Assembly: GCF_018977255.1 (NCBI RefSeq)
Contig: NW_024704748.1
Location: 27,466,001 to 27,530,000 of the forward strand
Direction: 5' to 3'
DNA: 64,000 nucleotides
DNA from: Callorhinchus milii
Taxonomy: Eukaryota
A program made the position numbers and the translations under genes. The notes below the pieces were generated by a model that was given only the letters and a program-made list of their open reading frames with translations, searched no databases and was not told the DNA's origin. This document shows, in pieces, positions 23,215 to 36,851 of this stretch. The first letter of the stretch is position 1. Each line of letters begins with the position of its first letter.

Positions 23215-23615
23215 GACGAAGGGATTGTGGGATGGAGGTCCAGAGTGTGGGGGCAGAGAGGCTGAAAGCCCGGCCACCGATGGTAGGGCGGGTCGGGGAG
23301 GAGACATGGAGCAGCCGGAGCCCGCTGAGCAGAAGGAGTGGGCAGGTTGATAGGATGTCAGCAGGTCAGAGAGGTAGGAGGGGGCGAGGCCATGGAGGGC
23401 CTTGAAAGTGAGGACCAGGATTTTGAATTCTATCCTCTGGGGAATGGGGAGCCAGTGGAGCCGGGAGAGGGTACAGGTGGTGGGGTCACGGAGCCTGGTG
23501 CAGGAGAATACATGAGCTGCAGAATTCTGGATGATCTGCAGCTTGTGATGGGAAGAGCTGGGGAGGGCGACAAGGAGGGGGTTTCCATAGTCGAGCCTTG
23601 AGGTGACAAATGCGT
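23215..23615 (-). mobile_element. L2 LINE 3' fragment
   Basis: ORF HAFVTSRLDYGN...LHWLPIPQRIEFKILVLTFKALHGLAPSYL. Confidence 0.9.
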
Positions 23616-23616
23616 G

Positions 23617-24236
23617 TAACCCTGCTCTGCTCACTCCCCACTGTCTAACCCTGCTCTGCTCACTCCCCACTGTCTAACCCTGCTCTGCTCACTCCCCACT
23701 GTCTAACTCAGCGCTGCTCACTCCCCACTGTCTAACCCAGCGCTGCTCACTCCCCACTGTCTAACTCAGCGCTGCTCACTCCCCACTGTCTAACCCTGCG
23801 CTGCTCACTCCCCACTGTCTAACCCAGCGCTGCTCACTCCCCACTGTCTAACCCTGCTCTGCTCACTCCCCACTGTCTAACCCTGCTCTGCTCACTCCCC
23901 ACTGTCTAACCCTGCGCTGCTCACTCCCCACTGTCTAACCCAGCGCTGCTCACTCCCCACTGTCTAACCCTGCGCTGCTCACTCCCCACTGTCTAACCCT
24001 GCGCTGCTCACTCCCCACTGTCTAACCCTGCTCTGCTCACTCCCCACTGTCTAACCCAGCTCTGCTCACTCCCCACTGTCTAACCCTGCGCTGCTCACTC
24101 CCCACTGTCTAACCCAGCTCTGCTCACTCCCCACTGTCTAACCCTGCGCTGCTCACTCCCCACTGTCTAACCCTGCTCTGCTCACTCCCCACTGTCTAAC
24201 CCAGCTCTGCTCACTCCCCACTGTCTAACCCTGCTC
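23617..24236. repeat. 29-bp minisatellite, ~21 copies (ccctgctctgctcactccccactgtctaa)
   Basis: Period of 29 (23641 to 23670); abuts the 5'-truncated end of an L2. Confidence 0.97.
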
Positions 24237-24722
24237 CCTGCTCCGCTCTACTCTTCACTGTGTAACAGTGCTGTGAGCAAAGCTTTATTGTTGGCTTACA
24301 AAATGCATTCTCTGGATTCAATTGATGAATTGCCATAAATCATAATCAATTTATGCCATAACTTGAGTCTGGGTAAGTACCAGACTCGTAGAATGTGTGT
24401 GTGGTGGGGGGGGAGGTTTCTTCACAGACCACAGGCTACCACTGTTCTAACCCCTCGATCTGCCTCCACACCCTCCCCCCCCCCCCATCCACACACACAC
24501 TCATACACATCCTTCTTGCTTTAAGTAACTATCGAATTCTGTTAAAAGAACTGCCCACTCTGCCTCGGCTCAGTTTGTTAAACTCTTGTAAGGTTAAGTA
24601 CTTCTAAATATAATTATCATCATTCTTCCATGTTTCAGTAGGTGGCCAGTCCATTGAAGAAAACAAACTGTAACAGGTCAGTTTAAACAGTCAAATCCCC
24701 TGCGACTGAGACAGAGCCTCAC

Positions 24723-24864
24723 CTGCAGACTCTTGCGCTGCCTTTTGTCCCAGAGACGGACGACACCATAGAGGGAAGAGCCACTGGCGATCATGTAGTT
24801 GCCGTCACTCTGCAAACAGTACAGAGCGCTGTCGTGCGGTTCCTCCCACTCCATCACACACTGC
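24723..24864 (-). CDS. FBXW4: FBXW4 exon 8 (QCVMEWEEPHDSALYCLQSDGNYMIASGSSLYGVVRLWDKRQRKSLQ)
   Basis: WD40 repeat with FBXW4 homology; ctgcag/gtgagg boundaries; 142 nt. Confidence 0.97.
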
Positions 24865-24964
24865 CTGCAGGGAACAGAACACACTTTGTGTGATCAGAGC
24901 ATCACAGTCACAGCAAACCTCACAGCCCTCGCTCACCCCTTCCTCACCTCAAGACAACAACAGC

Positions 24965-25290
24965 AACAACATATTACATTTACACTTTCATGTCGGGAGG
25001 ATGTCCCAAGGCCCTGGACAGTCAGGGATTTGGACCCGAGCTTGGGGCTAGGATGAGGAGGGGTTGAGGCCAGAGAGGTGGGGGTAGGAGGGTGACCGAA
25101 GGTACAGTCAAAGAGGAGTGTCTTGAGACAGTGAAGGAAGCAAGAGGGAGGGAGCAAGGCGATGGGACTATAGGATGAAGTTCTAGAGGGTGGAGCAAGA
25201 AGGCCTGACCGCTGATGGTGGGAAAAGCCAGGCGGGGGACATGGAGCCGAGCGGGGAGTGGACAGTTCGGCATTGAGCCTTTCCTGTTTG
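24965..25290 (-). mobile_element. L2 LINE extreme 3' fragment
   Basis: GQAF...LKTLLFD-type end and L2 tail. Confidence 0.65.
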
Positions 25291-25653
25291 ACCACACTTT
25301 CAGCCATCTTCCTTATCAAAGCGCTTGAAGCCAAAGTCTGACAACTGCTTTTCTCAGGAGTCAAAGTCAGTTTAACAGATTTGATTCAGATATTTACTGT
25401 GGAGGTTATACTGATGATTTATTTAATTTTAATCTGGTTGTTATGTCTTAAAATTCTTTTTGGAGATTAATAATAATTTGCTCACTCGATGTGGCACTGT
25501 ATCAAATGTAAGGATTATTATCATCAAATCTGATTCTGCACAGAGTGCATTTACCTCAGTCCCCCACAAGGCGGCGCCAGTTCTCCACAAAATACTGCAC
25601 ACACACACTCACTGCCCACACCGACGGTCTCTGTGCCCACACAGTGCCTGTAC

Positions 25654-25794
25654 CTGGTGCTGGTCCGCAGGTCCCACTGTCTGATGAAAGTGTCGTACCC
25701 ACACGTTAGTAAGATAGAGGGCGTCTCGTACAGCAAATCCAGGACCCCCGCTCCCCGCGGGAAGCCCACCCCCAGTGTCTCCTCCAGCTGTCCC
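25654..25794 (-). CDS. FBXW4: FBXW4 exon 7 (GQLEETLGVGFPRGAGVLDLLYETPSILLTCGYDTFIRQWDLRTST)
   Basis: WD40 repeat; tttcag/gtacag boundaries; 141 nt. Confidence 0.97.
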
Positions 25795-26625
25795 CTGAAA
25801 CAGAGCAGAGCGGGTGCTGAGCCAGGCTGGGGGAGGGGGTGGGAGACCAACACAGAGCAGGCTACTGAGTCATAGAACCAGACCCCAGCGGTGGTCACAG
25901 TCACTCACACTCAAAAACACACACTCACTTACACCTCATCACATCAGAGCATCTCCAGCTGTTACAGTAATTGCTGACAAGTGTAGTGACTGTTTTTGAC
26001 ACTGCAGATGTAAGTGTGTGTAAATGTGCACGGGGAGCAGGCAGGCTGAGGGTGTAACTGGCTGAGCCGCACAGAACCGGGGGTTGGGGTGACAATGTAA
26101 ACGGCGTTGTTTGGGGGAGTGTACTGGTGGGGGAGTGAGGGGGAGGGGGGGGGGGAGGAACAGCTGATAGCCAGTGTTTGGGGGATGTGAGGGCAGCCCA
26201 GGCCGGCCCCCGCCTCTCTGATCACAGCCCCCCACCCCCATCCCAGGCTTGGCTAAGGGCGGGTTAGGTAGTAACGGTTTCCTTGTGAGGCTGGAGCCTC
26301 CCCTGGACCTGACTGAATGGTAAGACATTGCCCAGTGATACCCGGCCAGTGGCTGAGCCCAGACACAGCTCCTGTCAGCCTCTGGGACCAACTTTCACAT
26401 CAAGCGCTTCACCTAATCCTGGATATTAGCCCCGGGCTTGTGCTGCGGGCTGTGAGGGCAGGCGCTGACCACACTGCCCAGCCAACCGTTTAACCCCTTC
26501 CATCCTGCCCAGCGAGTGACCTGTCTCTACCTGCCCTCCCCAGTGAGATCTCTGCTCTCACACAGCCCCCTCGCCCCCCCCCACTGAGGGTTAATCACAT
26601 CTCGATTCTTAAGAGTTGTTTATTA

Positions 26626-27001
26626 TTAATAATAATCCTTATATTTGATACAGTGCCTCATCACATCATTGAGCCGTCTCAAAGCCCTTCATAAAATATA
26701 CTGTAAAGTGAATTGACTGTATATTTTTTGGGCAAAATGAGTCAGTCAATCGTGCTCAGCAGTGTCCCACAAACAGTTGTAGATTGAAGTGACCAAATTA
26801 TTATTTTTTTTGTGAAGGGATTATTACCCCCGGAAAATGTGATCCACCAATCGTCTAACAACCGAGTTCCTACTCACTGCTGGTAAACAGAGGCGTGTGG
26901 AGTAGGGAAATTTGCCCAACATTGTGCCCTGCCCAGGAATCAAACCCGGGTCCTCTCACTTGCGAGGTGAGCATGCAAACCACTAAGCTATCGGACTCCA
27001 C
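26626..27001 (-). mobile_element. Full-length SINE, same family
   Basis: Head, body and tail all match 6191-6552. Confidence 0.88.
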
Positions 27002-28740
27002 TGTCTGTGGTCATGACTGTAACCCTCCCTGTCCTCCCGCTTGCCTCTTGCGAGACGTCACCATGTGCGGAAGGTGTTGAACCAGTGAAAGTTGCTGTCG
27101 TTGGACAGAGTTTTGGAATAGTATGATTTTTATTAAAAAAAACAAAACCGGGTGTAAGTGTGGGAACCAGGGGAAAGGCTCCTGTTCTGGTGGGAACGTT
27201 GCTCTTTGCAGTGAGCAGAGAACAAAGAGATGTCAGAGACAGACCGTTTAACCCTTTCACATGGCCACCGTTGCTCATGCAGAAGGTTTCAGAGAGGAGC
27301 TGGGCACTAGCTGGTTGCTGTCAACTTCTCTCAATGTACCTTATTGTCCCGGAATATAACGAGAATTATTATTCCATAAGAACGTCGCTGGAATTCTCAC
27401 CGTCGCCCACAAGCACTAGGACCGACTTGTGTGGTTTTATATCAAAAATTCAATTCTATAATAATAATAATCCTTGTATTTGATACAGTGCCTTATCATA
27501 AAGCGAGCCCCAGCACAGACACGATGGGGAGAGAGAGAGAGAGAGAGCAGGGAATGGGGTTAGAGTAGAGAGCTCCAGTGGGGGAGTGAGCACCAGCACA
27601 GACACGGTGGGGAGAGAGCAGGGAGATGTGTGCGCTCCCACACTGCGTTGGCTGGGGCTGTACTGAACAAAGAGGTAAAGTTACAGCGATAACAGCAATG
27701 GGAACCTGGGGGCAGAGATACCATGGTTGATGGGGAGGAGCTGGAGACGGAGATTCACAAAGTCTATTCATTTAAAGAGAAACCTTCCCTTCACTGCGGT
27801 GGCTTTGGGTGTGAGGAATGCTCCTGTTGTTGTGGCTGACACTCACACAGGCATTGCACTACCTGCTCTCTGATCTCCAGCCCTGCATTCCTGCCGTCAC
27901 CGCTGAGTGCCTCCGCGTAATGTTGCTGCTTCACTTTGAACCCTCTTGTAAGGTTAAGTTTGTGTGTGTAAACGGTCATGTGTCAGAGCTCTGAGAGACG
28001 CACACCCCCCGCCTCAGGCACAGCCTGCGACCCGCAGCGCCTTTCACACTGCAATAACAAACAGGCCTGGCACTATACCCTCTGCTTACTCACCAGCTGT
28101 TCCTACCAGTGGCTGCAATGTGCCACAGACAATAAACTCCTTCCCATCGGCCCACCCACCGCCACAGCTCCCCCCTCCCCCCTTCTCTCTCTCTCTCTCT
28201 GAGAGCACAATACACAGGGTTGGCGATTAGTGAGAGATGAGAGGACCTGGAGGTGCCGCCAGCCTGAGGTAACCTTTCCATCGCATAGCAACGGGTCTGC
28301 GAGAGCGCGAACGAAAGAGGACCTGGGTTTGATTCCTGGACGGGTCAGGGCAAAACCTTAGACAAGTTTCTTTACTCCACTAACAGTAAGTAGGAACCCG
28401 GTTGTTAGTCAATTGGTGGAACCCCTTATTGGGGGTAATAATCCCTCCCCCCCAAAAAAATTTGGTCACTCAATCCCCGACTATTTGTAGACATTGCTGT
28501 GCGGTTCCCCAGCGCTGCACTGGGGAATGGGACACAGTGCACTGCACCACACTACCCCACACCAGCTTGTTTCACAAGGAGAGTTGCCACATCTTAAATA
28601 TTTTGGCCTTTAAGAGCAGGAGCCTTTGATGTGGTTCCCTCTTTATCTCCACAAAGTATCTGATAGAGAAACTGTTTAAGGATTACAATAAATTACATCA
28701 AAGAACGCTGTTGAGGAAGTGTGGTACTGACTGTGCCTGT

Positions 28741-29565
28741 CCAGGTCAGGGTTACAGACACAGTAACGCTCCTCTACACTGTGTGTCCACACTCCCAGGT
28801 CAGGGTTAGAGACACAGTAACGCTCCTCTACACTGTGTGTCCACACTCCCAGGTCAGGGTTAGAGACACAGTAAAGCTCCCTCTAACTGTGTGTCCACAC
28901 TCCCAGGTCAGGGTTAGAGACACAGTAAAGCTCCTCTACACTGTGTGTCCACACTCCCAGGTCAGGGTTAGAGACACAGTAACGCTCCTCTACACTGTGC
29001 GTCCACACTCCCAGGTCAGGGTTAGAGACACAGTAACGCTCCCTCTACACTGTGTGTCCACACTCCCAGGTCAGGGTTAGAGACACAGTAACGCTCCCTC
29101 TACACTGTGTGTCCACACTCCCAGGTCAGGGTTAGAGACACAGTAACGCTCCCTCTACACTGTGTGTCCACACTCCCAGGTCAGGGTTACAGACACAGTA
29201 ACACTCCTCTACACTGTGTGTCCACACTCCCAGGTCAGGGTTAGAGACACAGTAACGCTCCTCTACACTGTGTGTCCACACTCCCAGGTCAGGGTTAGAG
29301 ACACAGTAACGCTCCCTCTACACTGTGTGTCCACACTCCCAGGTCAGGGTTACAGACACAGTAACGCTCCCTCTACACTGTGTGTCCACACTCCCAGGTC
29401 AGGGTTAGAGACACAGTAAAGCTCCTCTACACTGTGTGTCCACACTCCCAGGTCAGGGTTAGAGACACAGTAAAGCTCCTTCTACACTGTGTGTCCACAC
29501 TCCCAGGTCAGGGTTAGAGACACAGTAAAGCTCCCTCTGCACTGTGCGTCCACACTCCCAGGTCA
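28741..29565. repeat. 54-55-bp minisatellite, ~15 copies
   Basis: Unit ccaggtcagggttagagacacagtaacgctcctctacactgtgtgtccacactc; 18-aa periodic ORF. Confidence 0.97.
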
Positions 29566-29977
29566 CTGACAGGACAGTAAATGGAGAGGGTAAGGAGAGG
29601 TAGCGGAAACTCAGTGGTTGCACCTTGTGATGTTATCTGCCTTGGTCAGTACACACTGATCATGACACTGAGCCCATTTCACAACAATGATCCAAGATCA
29701 TTGAAATAAAATGTCTCGGAATGTTTCACACCTTGTAACACGCCCTTGCTAAACTTTTGCTGCAAAGATCAAAGCTAATTAGGTGTCAGCTCTAGTGATA
29801 AAGGGCTGGATCAGGCCTGACAGTGGAGTATTGGGGAGAGCTGCATTGCTGGAGATGCCGTCTTTTAGACAATACACATTTACATTTACACAGCGTTTTC
29901 ATGTTGGGAAGACGTCCCAAGGCGATTAGCAATCCTGGCTTGGCACCTGTGATTGGGCTGAGGAAGGGGAAGAGAAG

Positions 29978-30325
29978 AATAATAATCCTTGCATTTGATG
30001 TAGTGCCTTATCACATTCGTTGAGACGTCTCGAAGCGTTTCACATAATATTTTGTAAAGTGGATTGACTATATCTTGTGGGTGAAATGCGGCAGCCAATT
30101 GCGCACAGCAATGTCCCACAAACAGTCGTTGATTGAGTGACTTTTTTTTGGAGGGATTATTACCAATCCACCAATTTACTAACAACCGGGTTCCTATTTA
30201 TTGCTAGGTAAACAGAGGCGTGTGGAGTAAGGAAACTTAGCCAACGTTTCACCCTGCCCGGCAATCAAAACCAGGTCCTCTCGCTTGCGAGGGAGTGCTC
30301 TAACCGCTGAGCTACAGGACTCCAC
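29978..30325 (-). mobile_element. Full-length SINE, same family
   Basis: Head, body and tail match. Confidence 0.88.
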
Positions 30326-30735
30326 TAACTCACTATCAGGAGAGGGGGCAGGATATTCTATATAATACTTCTCCCGATATTAGATCCCGGGTGTTACCCA
30401 AGATATAACGCCTGGTGACACAGGCTGCTCTCAATGTGGTTTCTCCACAGACATTTATACTCATATCACTGCAGTTCAGACCCAAACACACAAGCCATTG
30501 CTGGAGTCAGAGAGCGTACAGGTGATTCCTGGGCTGTTTCATAGGTATATTAGTTATATAGGAGGGTTTCTGAAAATAAATCTCTCTTTGTGCTACTGGT
30601 AACCTCCAGCTAAAGAGAAGTAAAAAGCAGGCAGTCCGCGAGCTAACCTGCTGTGTGCGGGCTGCCCCTCCACTGTCTATGGTAACCTGTAACTGGGACA
30701 GTCCACAGCCAGGGAGGCAGTGAGACAGAGAGAGA

Positions 30736-30914
30736 NNNNNNNNNNNNNNNNNNNNNNNNNNNNNNNNNNNNNNNNNNNNNNNNNNNNNNNNNNNNNNNNN
30801 NNNNNNNNNNNNNNNNNNNNNNNNNNNNNNNNNNNNNNNNNNNNNNNNNNNNNNNNNNNNNNNNNNNNNNNNNNNNNNNNNNNNNNNNNNNNNNNNNNNN
30901 NNNNNNNNNNNNNN
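30736..30914. other. Assembly gap (179 N) within GA-rich simple repeat
   Basis: Run of n; the flanks are (ga)n-like. Confidence 0.99.
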
Positions 30915-31943
30915 ACAGGCAGCGAGAGAGACAGAGAGAGGCAGCGAGAGAGACAGAGAAAGAGAGAGGCAGAGAGAAGAGGAACACATGTTCAAGTATA
31001 AAGGAGAAAGAGTCACAAACAGATCAGTGAGAGAGAGAGAGAGAGAGAGGGAATGAAAGGCAGAGAAAGAGAGAAAGTGAGGGGCTGAGAGAGCAAGAGA
31101 ATGTAAAAGACAGATCAGACAACATGTGAGAGAAAGAGAAAGACTTTATCTTGTACAAAAAAGAGACCCACACAGATCACAGATCAGAGAGAGATAAAGG
31201 CCCATTCAAATGTTTAAGAGAGAGAGATATACATACGCACTCACAAACATACACAACCACACAGGCGGACAGACACACACACACAGACACATCCACACCA
31301 CATATACACAGACATAGACACACACATATGTGCGTGCGAAGGGGAGAGAGGGGAAACAGAGAGAGCCAGAGCTGGTGTGGGCGCTGGGTGACACCTGCCT
31401 GTTACAAATGCCCGGCTTACCCCTGGCCCTGTCCCACAGCAGGGATGACATTAAGCCCTTTCCACAAACTGCCAGTCAAGTGAAGAAGCCATCAAAACTT
31501 TAAAAAGAAATTAAACTCCAGGACAAGACTAATCTCTTGTATTGCCTCACTAGATAAACTCAAACACTGTCTGTCCAGCTCCCTAATCCTGCTTAATACA
31601 GCTTCCTTATTCACACCGGCTCAGCTCCCAGCTGGACACAGTAGCCATCACACATCTCACAACGTGTCACAACCTGGAGCAAATACAGCCTCACACTGTA
31701 GCGCTCCCACTGAGGAACACAGACATTTCCCTGGACAGTCGTCCTGACAATCTGCTCCACAGTGAAGCACCGCAACACTCACCCCAACACACACAGTCCA
31801 ACACACACAAACTTAATACCCACAGCCCCAACACACACGGCCGCAACACACAGCCCAACATACACAGCCGCAACACAGAGCCCCCAACACAGCACCACAC
31901 CCGATATATTTAATGACAATATTCCCCTTTCTCCTTCACTTAC

Positions 31944-32009
31944 CTATGGAGATCCCAGATCCTTAAAGGTGAGACGTGATCACAGCCGGCAGTGCCTGTC
32001 ACCAATGAA
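31944..32009 (-). CDS. FBXW4: FBXW4 exon 6 (SLVTGTAGCDHVSPLRIWDLH)
   Basis: Not in the ORF track; found by hand. ctcttccag/gtaagt boundaries; 66 nt, phase 2-2; matches FBXW4 VTGTAC...SPLRIWDL. Confidence 0.95.
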
Positions 32010-32254
32010 CTGGAAGAGAAAAGCCAGAATGTTCAGGAAGGTGATGGAGTCAGTCACCAACAAGTCTCACACTCATCAGTGCCCCCCTTGCGTTAGTGCC
32101 CAGGCTGAGCACCTCACTGATAACACATCCTGAGGGACGGGGTCACCTAGCGTGGGCAATGCTCAACACAAAACAGCTCCTCGAGGTAAACACTGAGCTC
32201 ACTGTGACATTAGCAAAGCCTGCTTGTTTGGGTGGATGTTAAAGATCTTGTGTG

Positions 32255-32685
32255 TCAGCCTGGCTCAATGGGTAACACTCTCACCTCCAAGTCAGAAGGT
32301 TGTGGGTTCAAGCCCCATGTTGAGACTTGCAATCACAGTTAAGTTGACGCTCCAATACAGCACTGGGGTGTGTTGCATTGTCGGAGGTGCTATCCTTCAG
32401 ATGAGACGTTAAACAGACTTAAACAGTCCGCCTGTGGACGTTAAAGATCCCGCGGCACTGTTCAAAAAGAGAAGGAAGTTTCTCTCTCACAGTTTCCTGG
32501 CCAATAATCCCCTAAATAAAACTGGTCAATCACTCCATGGCTGTTTGTCAGACATTGCTATCGACAAATTAGTTGCCACGTTTCGTCCACAAAATACAGT
32601 CACTAAACTTTACAGTATATCTTTTGACGTGCTCTTGACAACATGATAAGGCGCAATGTCGAGCGCAGGGATTAATATTATAAAT
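32255..32685 (+). mobile_element. Older SINE with a complete Deu domain (SacSINE1/AmnSINE-like)
   Basis: tRNA-like head followed by tgtcggaggtgctatccttcagatgagacgttaaac...gtggacgttaaagatccc...ggctgtttg; similar fragments at 14455-14710, 18792-19047 and 34962-35283. Confidence 0.7.
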
Positions 32686-32829
32686 TGAGAAGCTTTCTGG
32701 CCAACATCCCTCAGCTACATTGATTGTTCACATCAGAGCCGTGTGTGTATGTGGGTGGGGGGGGGGGGATCTTTTGCGCAGAATGTTTGGCGTGTTAGTC
32801 TACAAATACAGTCATGTCAGCTTTCTGCA

Positions 32830-33450
32830 CATCCCTCACCCCCTCCCCTCCACCATCAGCGGTTGTGCTTTTGGCCACTACACCCGACTGGAACTCCCTG
32901 CCCTTATCCCTCTGCCTTGCCTCCTCTTTGCCTGTCTTCAGATCAAGCCTGAACACTTTCCTCTTCAACCATGTTTTTGGTCACCTCCCCCATCCCCGTC
33001 TCAGGGTCGAGCTCCATCACTGTTCAGCACTGTGAGAAGCTGCCCCGCGTGACAGCAACAACAACAACAACTTGGATTTATATAGCGTCCTCCACGCCGG
33101 ACGGTGTCTCAGAGCTTCACAGTGACGGATCCCGGGGCCGAGTCAGGGGGAAGGGGAGGAAGGTGACCAAAGGCGCGGTCAAAAGGAAAGGTCTTCATCA
33201 GAGACCTGAAAATAGGAAGAGAGGGGGAGAGGCGAAGGGAGTGAGGAAAGGAGTTCCAGAACCTCGGGGCAAAGTGGCTGAAGGTACGGCCGCCGAGGGT
33301 GAAGCAGAGGACTTGGGGGACAAGGAGGAGGCCAGACCCGGAGGAACGAAGGCAACGGGCACTGTTTTGAGAAGGAGGTCAGAGAGGTCGGGGGGGGGTG
33401 CAAAGGAATGGAGGGATTTGAAATCGAGGGTGAGGACACTGTAAGTACAA
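32830..33450. mobile_element. Two L2 3' fragments, tail-to-tail (+ 32830-33040; - 33050-33450)
   Basis: Both carry the L2 3' end (CAF.HY.P.LWNSLP, gtgaagc.ctgagac...tatataaatccaag(ttg)n). Confidence 0.75.
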
Positions 33451-36400
33451 GTTGGTCAGCAAGTTCCTGGGAAGTGTTGTGAAACATTTCAACATTGCTG
33501 TCACAGTACTGAATATAAGGAGTCCAGTAACCTTAGTTCTTAACACACTTGATTCTTCCTGGGCAGGCCAAACCTTAGGCAAGTTTCCTTACTCCAACCG
33601 TTTCTGTTTACTAGCAGCAGTAAGTAGGAACCCGGTAGTTAGTCAATTGGCAGATCACTTTCCGGGGGTAATAATCCCTTCAAAACCAATAATATTTTGG
33701 GGGTTCTTTTGGTCACAAACAACTGTTCGTGGGACACTGCTGTGCGTAATTGGTTGTCGTGTTTTACCCACAAAATACACAGTAACTACACTTTACAGTA
33801 TATTCTGTGAAGTGCTTTGAAATACATCAATGGCATGATAATGTGCAATAGCAAATGCAAGGATCATTATTATTGTTATGACACAGGAGCTGTCCTGAGC
33901 AGCTAACAGCACCTCAACAATTTCTAAAGAGGGGACGATAGAGCCCCAGTGGGCACAGAGTCACAGCCCAGAGACCTGTGTGACAGTGTTAATGCTGATG
34001 GGTGTGTGTGGGGGGATTAGTGTTCTCAGCCTGTGCTGTTCACTGGTTTCTCAGCAGTGGTTTATTAAATGGCACAATATAAGGCGGAGTGGTCTGCACA
34101 ATCCCACCCAGGCTGGGATCACCTGAAAGTAACCCCTCCCCCCCCCCCACAACCCAATAATTACCTGCTGTTTTCCCACCACCTCGCTCCTTTCAGCCGC
34201 TCCGAGGGGACACTGCACTCGCACACACTAATAGCTTTTGCTTTCCATTCACGCGAGGGCTGCCTGGATAAAATTGGGCTGTGGACCACCAACACTGAAG
34301 CTGCCCTACCCCCACCCCCACCTCCAGCAGAAAGGCCCCCCACCTCCCCTCCCGCTCCACAGACCAGCTTCTTAACATGAAACCCGTGAGGTTTTATTGG
34401 AGCAAACAAGCTTTAACACATTCTCTTCCCTCCACCCACCCCCACGTTCACCCAGACAGTTACCACAGCCGCTCACTGAGCCCCCAGTCCTGCTCTGCCC
34501 TGCTCTGTGTGCTGCGGAGCAGGCAGTGGGAAGGGTGGAGGAGACTACACTAGCCTCAGTATCCCATTTAGAGGGAGCGCAAAAATTAGTTAACTTAGAA
34601 TCCATCCCCTGAAGAGCGTGTCTGAGAGTGTTTTGTATGTGAGTCTGACTGTGTCTATGTGTGACTGTGTCTGTATATATGTGTGAGTGTGTGTGAGTGT
34701 ATGCGTGTAAGTGTGTGTGTGTGGCTGTATGTGTGTGTGAGTTTGCTACAGTGAAACTCACAATCATGTGTTTTACCAGTTCCTTCTTCCCAGCTTCCCC
34801 CGGGGGCTTCCCGCTGGATTCCCCTCTCTCGCTCTCTCTGTGGGAAGTGCCTGGCTCCTGGTCCCCGTGCTGGTGTCTGTTCCCCTGTGTCCTGGGCTGT
34901 GACAGGAAGCCTGGGGTAACTGGGGAGCAGTAGGTGATGATGGTGTTGGGGCTACAATACACGGCACTGTGTATTGGTTAGATTTGCCGTCCTTCAGATG
35001 AAACAATAAACCGAGGCCCTGTCTACGTGTTCAGCTGATATTAAAGATCCCAGGGCAAAAGAGAAGGGAGTTTCTCTCTCCCGGTGCCTGGTCAACAGTC
35101 CCCTTAATAAATTTGGTCATTCACTTCACGACTGTTTGTGGGGACACTGCTGTGCGCAATTGGCTGCTGTGTTTCACTCACAAAATATGTCAATTCACTT
35201 TACAGTGTATATCCTGTGAAGCGCTTTGAGACGTCTCGAAGACGTGATAAGGCGCTGCGTCAAATGCAAGGATTATTATTATCAAGTGGGACCAAGTCAA
35301 GCCTGGATGGTGGGGGTGAAAAGCAAAGGAATTTGTGAACAGCATTGCCATCAGCCAGGCACCATCTCATGTGAAGTCTCTCTCTGTGGTAGTTTGAGAG
35401 GGCTGAGCTGAGCTGCGCTGGGTTGGGCTGGGCAGGCCCGGGAGCCTGTCACATCGCTGACAGCCACACTCGTCAAACACACAGCCTGGCGCTGGGCTGC
35501 CCTGGCACTTTAATCACTGTTGGGTAAACTCATTTGTTCAAATGATTACGAGTCGACCTAATAGAATATGCAGCAGCCCAACCTCTGGCCTCTGTGACAT
35601 CAGATACAAAAGAGGATGGTTTCCTCCACCCCACCAACCCCATTCCTCTCGATTACTGCGATTATTCATACCTCACTGACCCCCACACTGAAAAAAAACA
35701 GATTGCAATTAAACCAATTTGTGCTGAAGGGGCAGTGATTGGGTGTGAGCGGGCACTTTGGGAAACACTGATATTATAGTGCCAAAGGTTAGATCATCTG
35801 CAGGCACCTGGCTCTCACCAGCTGCTGGGCCAGTCATTAGAACATGTCACGTCCCATCGCAGTCCTGCACAATTTTGCTAACCTAATCATTTGACATCAT
35901 TATTTGAGGTATGTGTGTAGCATGGAATTATTGTCAGAGGTCACACAAACACAAAGCCAGGCCTAGCGGGACAGCCTCGCTGACAGTACCAACATTGTTA
36001 GCTCCAAACCAACTCACAGTTTACAAGATAACGGATTCCCTTCACTGCCACATTCCAGGCGGTTGCATCTAGCTCCTCTGCCCGTCCGCCTGCACTCTCT
36101 CTCTCCCTGTCCCTTGCTCACTATCTCTCCCACCACCATTCTTAAACCCATTTCCCACATTCAGCCACAAACCCAACAAAAGGTTGGCCATCACTGATCT
36201 AAAACCATCATACCACAAAGTGAGAACAGGCCACGAACACAAGCCCAGTAAGATTCTCTCACTCTCCTCTCTCTCTCCTTTCTTCCCCTGGGCTATGTGG
36301 AAGAGGGAGTTTCGTCCAGTGTCGTGGCCTATAATCCATCCTGTACAAATTTACCTACAGCTGAAGCTATCGTTCATCTCAACGTTACGTGGGATGTCAG

Positions 36401-36479
36401 TGGCACAGACCGATGCTGTAATTGCCTCCACAATACAGTAACTCACTGCGTGAAGCACTCCGAGCCATTTTCTTGTGAT

Positions 36480-36851
36480 AAGTCCTGTAACTCGGTTAGA
36501 GCACTCGCCTCATAAGCGAGAGGACCTGGGTTCGATTCCCAGGCAGGGCAAAATATTGGGCAAGGTTCCTTACTCCCCGCCTCTGTTTACCTAGCATGTT
36601 ATGTCTTATCGGAAGCCGGTTGTTAGTTGAATTGGCAGATCGCTTTTCCAGGGATAATAATCCTTCAAAAGATAATAATTCAGTCCCTCAATATACAACT
36701 GTTTGTGGGACACTTCTGTGTACAATTGGCTGTCTCGTTTGTTCCACAAAATCTAGTCAAATATAGTCTCTTTATAGTGATGCGCTTTGAGGCGTCTCAA
36801 AGACGCTATACGGCCCTATATCAAATGGAATGATTATTATTATTATTATTA
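36480..36851 (+). mobile_element. Full-length SINE, dominant family
   Basis: Head ggttagagcactcgcc..gggttcgattccc through an (att)n tail. Confidence 0.85.

Noticed and set aside
28721-29565. CRISPR-like or repeat-protein appearance
   Set aside because: Head-to-tail 54-bp units with no unique spacers and no cas genes, in a vertebrate intron. The same applies to the other arrays.
30648-30686. Possible 39-nt cassette exon in FBXW4 intron 6 (ACAG|GTTACC...CAG|GTTAGC)
   Set aside because: Poor polypyrimidine tract, no homology, and in the FBXW4 phase it reads an immediate TAG. It could be a poison exon, but there is no support without RNA data.
30507-31016. ORFs spanning the N gap
   Set aside because: Artefacts of undetermined bases and GA repeats.
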